Shown piece after piece: positions 25,928 to 38,700 of a DNA stretch of 64,000 nucleotides (positions are counted from its first letter, which is position 1; the number at the start of each line of letters is the position of its first letter). Made by a program: the position numbers and the translations under genes. A model generated the notes under the pieces. It was not told the DNA's origin and searched no databases. It saw only the letters and a program-made list of their open reading frames with translations. The stretch is from Felis catus (taxonomy: Eukaryota): assembly GCF_018350175.1 (NCBI RefSeq), contig NC_058368.1:68388001-68452000 (forward strand), read 5' to 3'.

Positions 25928-26572
25928 TTCACCTCCTGCTTAGAGGTGGGGAATTCTATCTTTTTACGACCTTGAGTGATTTTAAGTACACAGATCAAAA
26001 TGTACTTAAAAAAATATACTTTACACTTGACTAGATGTGCTTTGTCTAAAAACGGAATGCCTTGGGATCAGTTAAAGATCTGTTTCTACCTCCTTACTGC
26101 TTGACCTCCTCCTTCACAAGTTCTGCCTCAGTCCTAGCTGCCTTCTGGAGGGGTAGGGCTCTAAGTCAAGACCAAGTTGAAGACCCTCATGTGTACACCT
26201 AAGCCTTAGACTAAACTTCAATCCCAGGTCATGACCAGAATTTTAACAAGGGATATCCCTTGAGAAGGTCAACATTCTGAGGTTGCATGAATGAAAGTAT
26301 GGGTTAGATGTGGGACAGCATAAAAGTAATGTGCAAAGTGGTGAAGAAGAAGGATTTGAATGGAAGTCTGGATTAGAGCTGGAAGAAAAACATGATCTCT
26401 TCGGACGTACCTTTTGAAATTGCAAAAAGAAATGATTTAGGCAAATTAAGAGAGACTGTTGCTACTTAAACTGGGAATTAAAATTGGGGAATCACAGAAA
26501 TGCAAATCCAAACCACAATGAGATGTCACTTCACACCTGTCAGAATGGCTAAAATCAAAAAGACAAGAAATT

Positions 26573-26789
26573 GGGGCTCCTGGGTGGCTCAGTAAGTTGA
26601 GCATCTGACTTCAGCTCAGGTCATGATCTCATGGTATGTGGGTTCAAGCCCTGTATCAGGCTCTCTGTGCTGACAGCTCAGAGCCTGGAGCCTGCTTCTG
26701 AGTCTGTGTCTCCCTCTCTCTCTGCCCCTCCGCTGCTCACTCCCTGTCTCTCTCTGTCTCTCAAAAGTAAAATTATTTTTTAATTTTTA
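26573..26789 (+). mobile_element. CAN-SINE nested in L1
   Basis: Full head-to-tail SINE; perfect 16-bp TSD aaaaagacaagaaatt (26557-26572, 26790-26805). Confidence 0.96.
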
Positions 26790-27068
26790 AAAAAGACAAG
26801 AAATTATAAGTGTTAGTGAGAAAAAGGAACCCTAATGCACTGTTGATAGGAATGTAAATTGGTACAACTACTGTGGAAAACAGTGTGGAGTTTCCTCAAA
26901 AAATGAAAAATAGTACTACTTTGTGATCCATCAATTCCACTACTGGAAAGAAAATGAAAACACTAATTCGAAAAGATATATGCACTCCTATCTTTATTAC
27001 GGCATTATTTACAATAGCCAAGGTCCAAGTGTCCAAGTGTCCATTGTTATATGAATGGATAAAGGTGT

Positions 27069-27071
<3 letters not shown>

Positions 27072-27116
<45 letters not shown>
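27072..27116. repeat. (AT)22 microsatellite
   Basis: Direct read. Confidence 0.97.
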
Positions 27117-27118
<2 letters not shown>

Positions 27119-27576
27119 ATTGAGCTTGTGAGATATGTATATCATATGAAATATTATTCAGCCATAACAAAGCTTGAGATCTTGCCATTTGTTACAACAT
27201 GGATGAAACTAGAGGGTATAATGCTAACTGAAATAAGTCACAGAAAGACAAATACTGTATGATTTCACTTACGTGTAAAATATATATTTTTAAAAAGAAC
27301 AGACCAAAAAAAAAAAACCAACAACAACAACAAACTCATAAATACAGAGAACAAACTAGTGGGGATGGATGATGTAGGGGAAGATGAAGAAGTACAAGTA
27401 CAAGTCTCTAGCTATAAAATAAATATGTCATGGGAGTGAAAAGCATATAGAATATAGTCAATAATATTGTGATAACTTTGTATAGTGACAAACAGTAACT
27501 ATACTTATGTTGAACATTTCATGATATATATATAAATATTGAATCACTATGTTGTACACCTGAAACTAATATAATA

Positions 27577-28164
27577 CAGTTCATCCTTGAACAACACGGG
27601 TTTGAAGTGCATGGGTCCACTTGTAGGTGGATTTTTTAAAATAAATGTATTGGGGGGGGGGGAGGGTCCTTGGGCGGCTCAGCTCGTTAAACATCTGACT
27701 CTTGTTTTCAGCTCAGGTCATGATCTCGTGACTTGTGAGTTAGAGCCCCCTGTTGGGCTCTGGCTGGCAGCATGAAACCCGCATGAGATTCTCTGTCTCC
27801 CTTTCTCTCTACCCTTCCCTCACTTGCTAGCTCTCTCTCTCTCTCTCTGAAAAATAAATAAATGTTTAAAAAATCTTTAAGAAATAAATTTAAAAAGCAA
27901 AAATAAATGTACGAACAGTACTCTAAATGTATTTTCCCTTCCTTATGATTTTCTTAATAACATTTTCTTTTCTCCAGCTGACTTTATGATAAGAATACGG
28001 TATATCATGCATCTGACATACAGAATATGTGTTAATCACCTGTTTGTGCTATCAGGCCAACAGCAAACTATTATTAAAGTTTTGGGGAGTCAAAACTTAT
28101 ACATGTATTTTCAACTGTGCCGGGGTGGGCACCCCTCACCCCTGCACTGTTCAAGAGTCAACTG
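27577..28164. mobile_element. Tigger2a-like non-autonomous Tc1/mariner DNA transposon nested in L1
   Basis: TIRs cagttcatccttgaaca (27577) and tgttcaagagtcaactg (ends 28164), flanked by the TA duplication at 27575-76 and 28165-66. Confidence 0.9.
27651..27899 (+). mobile_element. CAN-SINE nested in Tigger2a, with 5' G11 run
   Basis: SINE body gggcggctcagctcgttaa...tcagctcaggtcatgatctc; TSD aaaataaatgta (27638-27649, 27900-27911). Confidence 0.94.
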
Positions 28165-28410
28165 TATTATGTGTCAATTATACTTCAATTTAAAAAAATA
28201 CTTGGGGAAGCACTAACTCTAAAAAGTGCCAGCTAAAAATTTACACATTTTACATCAAGGTTTAGTTCAATATGCATTTGGGGCATATGCCAAGCAGTGT
28301 CGGATTTCATGAGAGAGAACTTTGTTTTTCCATAACACATCTCTTGGGTACCTGAGTTAAAGGCAGAACACTGGCCTTCTTACACCAGGATTTACTCTAT
28401 GATAATTCTC

Positions 28411-28475
28411 TCTTTTTTTAAGTTTATTTTTTTATGTTTGAGAGAGAGAGAGAGAAAGCATGAGTGGGGGAAGAG

Positions 28476-28507
<32 letters not shown>

Positions 28508-28623
28508 GAATTCCAAGCAGGCTGCACACTGTCAGCACAGAGCCTGATGCGGGGCTCAAACCTACAAGCTGTAAGATCATGACCTGAGTCAGCTGCTCAA
28601 CTGACTGAGCCACCCAGGTGCCT
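28411..28623 (-). mobile_element. CAN-SINE (SINEC), internally deleted
   Basis: T tail, (GA)n, agatcatgacctgag, gagccacccaggtgcc; TSD ctctatg[a/g]t[a/g]attct (28395-28409, 28624-28638). Confidence 0.94.
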
Positions 28624-31039
28624 CTCTATGGTGATTCTTAATTTCAGAAGTAGATGAATGTGTGGAAATTCTGATCCAGAGGGACAATTGAGCTGTCCTA
28701 GCTGGTGTCCCCTTCCTCCCTCATTGCCAGTTCTAGGAGAGAAGCTGCCCAGAAGGAGAAGGTCCACATCCCCCATATGCCATGAAAATAATCCTGCCCT
28801 ATCGCAGTGGAATTGTTACCAATCCTTACCCTTCACTGGGACTGTTACCGTTAGAGGAAAGGCCGTTATCAGAAGCCATTTTATATCAAAGCTCAGAGGG
28901 GCTTTCTGAATTTGTACAAAGATGATTTTGATATTTTAATGAATCTGACAGAATGTTTTGGGGGCACATCTGTTCTGTTCCCTTATTTTGCCTGAGGTAG
29001 GGGTGATATGTGGTATTCTTTTCTGGGAGAGCTTCGGAGAAAGCTGAGTTTCCAATCTGTCCTTAGTTGCGGAAACCTCCTTTTCTGCCCCTGTACCTCA
29101 GCAGACCCTGCCTCCATCTTCTGGCTTAATGGAGAATGAAAATACCCTCTTTCCTTGCAAGGTTTTTTTTTTTGTTTTGTTTTGTTTTGTTTTTTATGTA
29201 GGCTGCAAACACCAAGACACCATAAAACTCTCAGCATGAGCTGAAAACCTTCAGAACTAATGGCTCTAGCAACTTCCCCCTGCCCCAGGAAAGGGTCACC
29301 GCATTTTAACTTTTGTGTATCAGCCTCCTTGGCTGTTTTGGGGGTGCGCGATGTGGTGGAAGGAAGCAGACAGCCTTTAAAAATGCATCAGAGGTCAATG
29401 TATTCCATTATATACATGGTGCTTCAAATTCAGTTTTAACCTTTGATGAAATGTGCAGTGTTGGGATTTTTTATGCTAGAGCAGACACAGGAAATCACAG
29501 GTGCAACTCATTCTGGTTTTGACTTACAATCACTACAGGCCCCTAGAATTTTTATAGGAAATTCTCTCTTTAACTTGAGCATAAAGTGTCAGAAGTCTGT
29601 AGCTTGTCTCTGTAGTGTACATTAATAGGTAATATTGATTTGTGGAAATTAATTACTAGAAAAACAGTTCTGAGCACTTACCTAGTGTTTGGAAAGATTT
29701 GAGAGCCCCCTTGTGGCTCTAGCAAAGCTGAACTGAACACTGACGATCCACTTTTAGCTGGGTTTTTTGGTTGATGTTTTTGGTTGATTTTTTTTTTTCT
29801 TTCTCTCTTTTCAGTTACATTTGTTTGCTTGCATTATGGCTTTGAATTGTTTTTCATTTTAGATTAACATCAGCATATTTCACATCATTTCAGTGGAGGA
29901 CTCGGAGATGGGAGCCGTGTCCATTTTTAAGAGACAGACGCCTCCTTTTTTTCTGATTATTAAACTCAGATTCTTATCACCAAAAGAAATAATAAATGCA
30001 GAGGGGGTATGTTTAGGGAAGTTTGCAAGCAAGGGCATTACAGGCGTATAATTCTGCTTCTTGAGGCTTGCTGCTTCTTATTTTTAATCCAGGTGTTGAC
30101 TACACAAAGGTAAAGCTAACTTTAGCAGCCCCGAGCTACATTTATTTTGACCATTTTAAAGATTATTTTCTCTGATTTCCATACAGCAGAGCAAAGTGGG
30201 GAAATGAGTGTCCTCATTTGAGTGTTTTTAAATTTCTAAGAAATGCATGTTGAAAGCTATTACCTCTCTGATGCTTCAATCATGCCTGAAGAAAAATATT
30301 TGCAACTTAAGGTCACTGTGCTCCACACTTGAATTGATAAAGGGAGCACCCAAGGCAAAATTTAGACAGAACGAATTGATTTTTTCCTGGGAGATTTAAA
30401 TTCTCGTGCATATATTTTTTTTCTAAATTCCTGTCATTGCTTTATTAATTAGGCAGAATTACAGCCGTGCTTTAGAGCCCACCGCAGCTGGAGGGTCCCA
30501 CTGAGTGTCCACGTGGTAAGCCGGGCTTCTGGAAGGAACTCACGCTGTTATTGGGAATAAGTGGATTTGGGAGAGAACCTCATTAGGGCTCCATGTTACT
30601 TCCAGCATAATTTGGTTTCTCCTAGATTAGTTTGTAGAGTGACATTGGCATCTAGTCACAGATGAGTCACTGGCCCTGCCTATTGTTCCAAGCACAGAGG
30701 AAAATGTCACGCATGTGCACTTAAAAAAGAGAGAAGAAAAAATCAAAGCGGAAACCCCTGATGTTTGGGCCCAGATAGAACATATGAGAGTTAAAGATGG
30801 TGTCTGGTCTGTTTCCCCATTTGTGCTCAGGGGTAATTAGCACAGGCGTCAGTTACATTGCTGGGTAGGGACTGCGAGAGGAGGAGAGGCTGGGCAGCTA
30901 TCACTTTGTTCTTTCAGATTGGTGGCATGTTTCCAGCTGTAACCCCATCTTCCTTGGTCTTTGTTAATAGGGAACTTCTGCAACGTTCAAGATCCTATAA
31001 GAATATGCATAAAAGGCTTATAGGGATGTAAGGGACCAA

Positions 31040-31520
31040 ATCAAAAGGACTCAGAATCCATCTTGAATAAGATCCTACTGGCCAAAAATTAGACAATTTG
31101 AACATCAATAAGTATAATGTCTGCAATGTCTTGAAACACACCAAATATGTTTAAACTCACGACCTATTAGTGATAGAAAAATAAATAACAAACAACATCC
31201 AAAAAAAGAAAAAAGCCCCTCTGGAGGATTCTAGGAAAGTAATCCATTATTTTGAAACCAATAAATAACATGATTCACACATTCATCTACCTTTCCTAAC
31301 TATATCAACTATACCTAGGGGGATCAAATAGTTGATAAAGGGCAGTTTCTCCTTGTAGAAGCATTGTGGCTAACAAATGAAGCAGAAATGATAGAATTAG
31401 AATCTCACCATTTCACAATCCTTTAATAAATGATCACCAGTGGCCACTGGCGTCACAGAAAGAGAGACTACTAGACATTGTGTGCCTCCTGACTGAGGTC
31501 CACAACACTGCTTACTTAGA
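31040..31520 (+). mobile_element. Old L1 (L1MC-like) 3' fragment
   Basis: ggccaaaaattagacaatttgaacatcaataag...gaaacacaccaaatatgtttaaa...caaatagttgataaaggg...gaaatgatagaattagaa. Confidence 0.7.
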
Positions 31521-31899
31521 AATAAGAGTTTATTATTTCAGATTGATTTTTTTCTACAACTTCAAATATTACCTAAAGGCATATCCGTATCCTGGCATTT
31601 TTTCCTATTTCTTCTGGGTCTCCCTTTTCCGTGGGTTTCAAAGAGAAAATGAGCTAATATACACATCAGTGAAACCTCCAAAACTGTAGAATGATGTGCA
31701 AATCCCATGTTTTCTTTCTAACTCAACTACATAGGAGCAAAACACAACAGTGTAGGATCATCAAAGATGACTACGTGGCCAGCTCCTTGAGGTCAGGCCG
31801 CGTCCTGTGTGCCATTATATCGCAAGTACTTAGCACAGTGTTTGGCATGAAAGACGTAATCAAAAATATATTTAAATAAATAAATGAGTATAGTGGCTG

Positions 31900-32450
31900 A
31901 AGACTGATCAGAAGAGAAGTTCCACAGCCACTGCGCCTGAGTTGTTTGACCTCAGGAACATCCTTTCCTATGTCTGAACGCCAGGGTCCTCACCTGGAAA
32001 ATTCTGCTATGATACAATCCTTTACTGAGGATAAAGTGCAATAATGGATAAGCAAAGTGTTTTGAGAACTGTAAGCATGTTATACAAATAGAAAAGCATT
32101 CTCTCTTTCTTTATTATTAACGCAGCTTGTTTAACATTTAAAACTTGACGGTACTTGGCTAGTTCCTGAGGTTCTGATAATCATGCAAGAAGGAAAACTG
32201 TCAAAGGGGAGGGTGTGCACTTACGTTAAGGGACTGCCATGCATCAGCTGCCGCCGGGCCCTTCACGCTCATTACTTTAATCCTGCAACTCTATGAAATA
32301 AGCATGTATATACCCTGGCTATTTAGACGAGGAAACCAAGGCCCCCAGAGGTCATATAAGCTAACCAGTGCACATCAAGGGGGAGGAGGATCCAAAATTG
32401 AAGTCCAGATCTTTCTGACTTCAAACCCATTCTCTTTCCACTGCACCTTC
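31900..32450. mobile_element. Two MIR remnants (+ ~31900-32110, - ~32200-32450)
   Basis: tgacctcaggaac...cctcacctggaaaat on +; atttagacgaggaaaccaaggccccagagg in reverse orientation. Confidence 0.6.
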
Positions 32451-35174
32451 AGTGAAGTTTCCAACGTGCTCGAAATTATGCGCCCATGCAATGTCCAAAT
32501 GAGGAGAGCTTGACGTGTATTTTCTTGAATCTTCTCTTCCGAAACAAAAGCCAACTTCAGGATCCGACAACCTCCTGTGAACACATTTCTGAGATTTTGT
32601 ATCATTGTGTTCAAAAAAGACTTATGTTAAAGCCAGGAAGAGAATTATGGCATTGCATGAGCTCTGCCTTATCGGAATTCTCTTGTGTCGCTATTTCCAA
32701 CCATCCATTATTGTCCTGAGATTACCACAGTCTTTTGGCTTCTAGATTCCTCAGGAGTGTTAAAAAAAACTCATGCTGCTGCAGTCTTTCCCACTAGTCT
32801 CTATAGCTCAAGTGCAAATTTGTTATGCAGTTTTGTGTGCATGCCGACGTCGGGATAAGTGTTTCTGAACTTCTAAGCTGTGACCATCTAGAGGACCCTC
32901 TGAGCCCATATGCTCCAGAGTTGAGATAAACCCTCTGCCCCCCGACCCTACAGTGTGCTGCCTCACCCTCATTCCTGCTGCCCACCCCACAGGTAAACAC
33001 AAACCCCTTACCCCAAAATGCTCATTTTGCTTCTAGAGCTTTGAGTTAAACAAAGCCTGGCCCACTGCAGCATTAATTCATAAACTGCATCTTTAAAACA
33101 GCTTGACTCCTAGAAGAGGATAGGAGACCATCAGAACTCTCTTTGGGAGAGCTTGGTGAAATTACGGACATCATCTAAAAGCCTATGTAACTCTTATTTT
33201 GATGACTAAGTTGGTTAATGCAAATACAGCACTTATAACTGTACTTGGACATAGACAGCGCTCAATAAATGTTAGCCGTTATTATTACTGCTATTAATAT
33301 CAATATTTGTTTCACATGGAACTTTGCATATTTTAAGTTAGCTTGGTCCTTAATCTTTGCGCAAGGGATGACCTCCAAGTCACTCTTTCTTTGAGAACTG
33401 CCAAGGGATGGAATCAAGCAGAGATCTCTCAGGTATTTTGTTAAATATCCTAAAATGATTGCCAAGTCATGATAGCAGAATCTAGGAAAATCCTAACTCA
33501 GAAGAATCTTTTATGGACGAGCACAGCAAAATCTGGACAGAGACGATTTTTTTCTTAAGTTCTTAAGATATTTTAGGAAAATGTGTACCGAAGCCGTCAG
33601 ATATAAGCCTAAATATTGAAACACGTGCCTTGCTCTTAAATATCCCGATTTACTTCTTTTCCTCTCCAAATTGGCTAGAGCAAAACAATTGCATTGGAAA
33701 CACCTCGTTGCTTCTACCCTGGGTAATTCTCACGTTTGCTAAAAGCAGCGTCTGGGAAATTAGCTAAGAAGAGAGCACAGCAGAACACGCACGGCCTGAT
33801 AACACAATCGGAGTGTACTATCTGGTGTTCCGCTTTGCCCGGCTGGGATTAGAGCTGCAAGTGAGACGGAATTGGGCCTTATCTCACTCTGGGGCGGCTC
33901 CAGGCTTCAGGTGGATGCCCACACGCATAAACCACAGCTCTGCAGAGCGGAGCGCCCTGAGACGTCCTCCTGCCCAAATCCCAGCAAGGCAGTGCAAAGC
34001 AGGGCGCCTCTGAACCAAATAAGCACGGAAGCGCCTGAATAATGCATGAGAGCAGGACCCTCCCTGGCACATTTGGAACTGTACTGGAAGGAACTGTACT
34101 CAGCAAGATAGCAAAAAACAAGCCCCTGGAACATGCATGCCCTGAAATTTATTCTTGCGGCAGCCACTTGGGGGAAAGTGAAAGCAAATTAGACAACCGC
34201 CCCAAAATCATGGCATTTTAGTGAGTCTGAGGCTCCTAGCGTTCGTGTCAATATAAAGCAGCAACGGGACAGGACTTAAAATTTTATCTTATCAATAAAT
34301 ACTACCTCTTCCTCTGGGGAGGTTGGAAGGTGGACTGATCGTCGCTGAGAAATGACCAGTGTGGTCCGGAAGCCTCTTATTTCACGCTTTTGTGTGGTTG
34401 TTTTAGTACTGTGTTGTGGCTTCTCATAATTAAAGTTAGTTGACAACTAAAAGCTGCAAAAATGCTGCCTCTCAAGGGGCTGTTTCTTGGGAGGACCGGC
34501 CCCAATATAATCGGGTGAGGGACCTCCGTCTTTCTGATCCAGATGTCAGCTTTAATATAGCTGCAAGACTGATGACTGGGATTTGATTCCACAAATGTCT
34601 AGTCTCTAATTTGATATTCCAGCTGCTCATCCAGTGCAAAATAAACAAATCTTTTTGGAAGAATGTTTCCACACCACCCTGTCACAAACCCCACCCCAGA
34701 GGTTCTTGAACATCCGTCTTTGGTAAATGTGATCCCGGCGGGACCTCTTCCTGGTCCAACCAGAAGGGAGCAGAGCCAAGAGCCTGTTTCATAGGCCTCC
34801 CTTGGCTTCTGGGCGGCCTTGTCCCCCAGCACCTCCTGATGTCAGGCCTCGTGGAAGGGCCCTGTCCTCTCCAATGCTAGTGATGGTCAGCTATATTTTG
34901 GCATTTTGAGAGCAAAATGGGGGCAATTCTCTTGACTCAAAATTCTACTCCTGGCAATTTATTCCTGCGTCAATATTTATGGCTTGGGATATTCACCAGA
35001 TTATTGTTTGTAGTATCCTCCTCCAAATAGAATCAGCCTAATTGTCCAAAACCGGGAGATGAGTCACATAAATTATGGTACATCTGTAATTGGAATATCA
35101 CACTCTTATAGAAAAATAGTAAATAAAACAGAAAAAGTGTTCACTCTGTAGTTTTGACTTAAAGTGCAGGTTAA

Positions 35175-35395
35175 GGGAGCCTGGGTGGCTAAGTCGATGG
35201 GGCGTCTGACTTCAGCTCAGGTCATAATCTCTCAGTTCGTGGGTTAGAGTCTGACATCGGGCTCTGTGCTGACAGCTCAGAGCCTGGAGCCTGCTTGGGA
35301 TTCTGTGTCTCCCCTTCTCTCTCTGCCCCTCCGCTACTCGCACAGTCTCACTCTGTCTCTCAAAAATAAATAAATGTAAAAAAAAACCCTTTTTC
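35175..35395 (+). mobile_element. CAN-SINE (SINEC)
   Basis: gggagcctgggtggctaagtcg head, ctgacagctcagagcctggagcctgc, tail; degenerate TSD ending caggttaa. Confidence 0.95.
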
Positions 35396-35579
35396 TTAAA
35401 ATTACAGGTTAAAAATATCATGCTCATTTATGATCCTTAATCTATAAAGAAAAATATATATTTATCTGTGGTTATATATGAGTGAAATGCTTATACATAA
35501 TTTTAATTTTTTTTCTTTTTTGCTATTCTGCATTGCTCACATTTTCCATAGTGGCATGAAAATCAATGTATTGCATTTA

Positions 35580-35789
35580 TTTTTTTTTAATTTTTTCATT
35601 CATTTTTGAGAGAGAACGAGAACACAGCAGGGGGGTGGACAGAGAGAGAGGGAGACACAGAATCTGAAGCAGGCTCCAGGGTCTGAGCTGTCAGCACAGA
35701 GCCCGACATGGAGCTCGAAACCACAAACTATGAGATCATGACCTGAGCTGAAGTCAGACACTTAACAAACTGAGCCATTCAGGTGCCCC
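35580..35789 (-). mobile_element. CAN-SINE (SINEC)
   Basis: Reverse SINE ending aggtgcccc; TSD atgtattgcattta (35566-35579, 35791-35804). Confidence 0.96.
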
Positions 35790-38700
35790 GATGTATTGCA
35801 TTTACAACTGGGGGAAGGAGGGGAATCACTGATTTAAAAACAAAAAGGGTCAAACCAGCTACATCTAAAAGTATTCTCCTTCTAAACTTATCAGGTACAC
35901 TGGCAAGAAAAGTGATGAGAAGTGTCTCTCCTCCTGAGAGGAGGAGAGGAGGGCTGTGGGCATTCCTCTCCCCTCTATCTTACCAACTGAAAAGAGTCAA
36001 GATCTCTGGGTAGTACATAAAATAAAAAGGCCTTAGCCAAAAGGGTCTGGCTGCTTTGTAAGTCGCCGCGAGGGAGGAGCAGCGGCAGCTGGGTGGGGGA
36101 CGTGTGGCTTCTGTGTGAAGTAAGATAACCACACATGCATGTCTCCATTTTCTCATCACAATGCTGGACATCCTTGGAACCAATCGCTCTGACACACACC
36201 ATTGTCAGCCTCTGAAAGTTCTTTATTACCATACTTAACAATCATAGTTCCCAATTTCCCATTTGCTTAGAACATCATTCTTAAATTCCTTAATTTGTTT
36301 TCAAGGCTCGAATAAAAGGCCTTTTCATCACTGTGTCAAAGGGCAGTCTGATTGCCAAGCTCTAACTGCCACCATTCCGCCTATCAGATACAGTATAATG
36401 CAGATAACACTCTACTGAGATAATGAAGAATGGGTAGCCCATAATGAGTGTGCAGCTCTAAAGAGAGTCAAGAAATTAATTCCGTTCTGAGCGTTTGGAA
36501 AATGACTCCAGTACGCAGTACAGTGGGGCAGAAGGGGAGCTAAGTGTCACTATTTGAAAATGCGCACATCAGCTTATGTTTAAGGTGTATACTGTGAGAT
36601 GTCTGTACCACTCCTTTGGGAGGACCAAAGATCTCCGTCAGATGACCCCCAAGTCCACCTTCCAACTGTTCACAAGGTTCTTTGTGAGATGCTGAGCTTT
36701 GGCAAAACTTGATTAGGTAGGGAAAACTCACTGAAAAGTGTACGGTGACAGGAAGGTGGAGAAATTGATTATTTTCCATACATTTCACAAGATCTAGGCT
36801 AAGAGAAACTGTTAGCCTGGGTAACCTTTTGTTGGTCCAGGCACCAAGTTCAGTTTCCCGGGGGTATCACTATCAGAATCCCTGAGACAGTAGCTGATAA
36901 AATATTTTTTCATTCCACAAACATTGAACAACTGAACATGCATGTTGTATAAAGTCGTGCACCATATGCTCCGGGTGAAACAAGAAGAGTGAGGCATGAC
37001 ACCTGTTCAAGGGATAGGACAGTCACTGGTCACTGGAATGAAGACAAAGTATGAATGGCACAGGTTACAGGGGAGTAGAAGCTTCTTCCTCAGAGGACAT
37101 CACAGGGTGTTGGCTGGAGGAGTTTCTACTTGAGCTGTTTTTTCTGAATGCACAGAGCTGTGGACCATCGAGCTACTAATTTTGTTGCTTGATTTTACAA
37201 GGGTTAATCTAGTGGTGGAAGGAATACATTTATTAAATCTCTCCTGTGAACGTAGCATTTTGCAGATTCTTCTGGATGTGTTTTCAATGGCTAGGCAAGT
37301 GATAGCCTCATAAAACTATTTTTTAATCACCACATGCAGAGTGATTCTAGAGACGTCTACTCTCATTCCACCATTTTGATGGGCATACTGGCCTTGCCTT
37401 CTTTCATTTAGGAATTGAAAAGGAAGGATGAGGTAAAAGGGAAGAAGAATATACAGAGGGAAAGGTAGTTTGGAGGAAGCTGGCAATGTGGAAGTAGGGA
37501 AGGAAGGATGACAGATGGGTGCATGATAGGAATCTGTCCCTGATTCTTCCTCATCCACGCCGATGGTTCTGGGCTCTTCCCCGCTGGCCCTTCACCACAG
37601 CTACCAAATGTCTCTCCTGGCTCTGCCTACTTCTGTCTACACTGAACACTGTTGCTAAATGAGTCTTCTTAAATCAACACATTTCCCATTTGGGGAATAG
37701 ACAGTTGTATTCAGAGCCCATGACTCCTTGGACTCAGCATCCTATTGTAGCTCCCACCCATTCATATATTAAACAAACATTTTGTGAAAGGCACAACATG
37801 AACCTCCTGGTCTAACCTAGACCACTCTTCTCTCCGTACATTCGTAACTATTCTCTTAAATATTGCCTGTTCACTCCTTACCTCCGTAACTTGCTACACA
37901 ATGGCTTTTTCTAATCGACCACCCTTACACACACAATACTTGAGGGCATTTTATTCTTTTTTTATGTTCTCCACATTTGTTAGAGCAGATCCTTACACAT
38001 AACAAACCCTCGATAAGCGTGTGTTAATTAAATGGCTTGCTAATTAAAGAAATGAGCAATTATACAATAAACTGCTTGGTGAAATACAGATTTTTGAAGC
38101 AATAGGGAAGAAAACTAGTAAGCTTAACATTTTTAAAAAGCCACCTCATCGCTACTAATTACCTGTTGCTTGAACACTCTACTTTTTACCCAAAGTCTGT
38201 GTTGACTGTCTCTCTCTGCACGTGGACCATCACAATCAAATGATGGATACACTCATAGATTATGTATCTTTTTACACTTTTCACACATTTTAAACATTCA
38301 AAAATAATATTGGATTCGTTTTAGGAAAGAAGATAGTGGCATATTTATCAAAGGTGATATTAACCTTAGTTATTAAAATACATTTAACCTCATACGATCA
38401 TCATTTCTTTTATGTGGCATCGTGTATTGAACATCTGCTGTGAGCAGGACTTTGTCTGAGGTGTTGTGGGACATGAGGCCTGAGTCCAGTTATCAAAAAG
38501 GAGATTCAAGGGTAGAGGTGACCACGATGTTCACGTGCAGGTTAAAAGTGCAGTGAGTAATGCATGAAACCCCAGAGGCTAGAAAAATCAGGCAAGGTGG
38601 AGTTGGGCCACAAAAGACCAGGCAGCAGCTTGCAAGTGAACGAAAGACAAGTCAAAGACTGAAGGAGGGCAGTCATGCCTCTGTGCTGCATGTAGAATTG

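Larger units (their letters stand above)
26490..28198 (+). mobile_element. L1 3' portion (end of ORF2 and 3' UTR; carnivore/L1MA-type), interrupted by a SINE, (AT)n and a Tigger2a
   Basis: gaaatgcaaatccaaaccacaatgagat...cacacctgtcagaatggct...aacatggatgaaactagaggg...gaatcactatgttgtacacctgaaactaatataata|...|tgtcaattatacttcaatttaaaaaaa. Confidence 0.9.

Noticed and set aside
36063..36080. ccgcgagggaggag as a CTCF site
   Set aside because: Mismatches at two core positions; not supportable without ChIP data.
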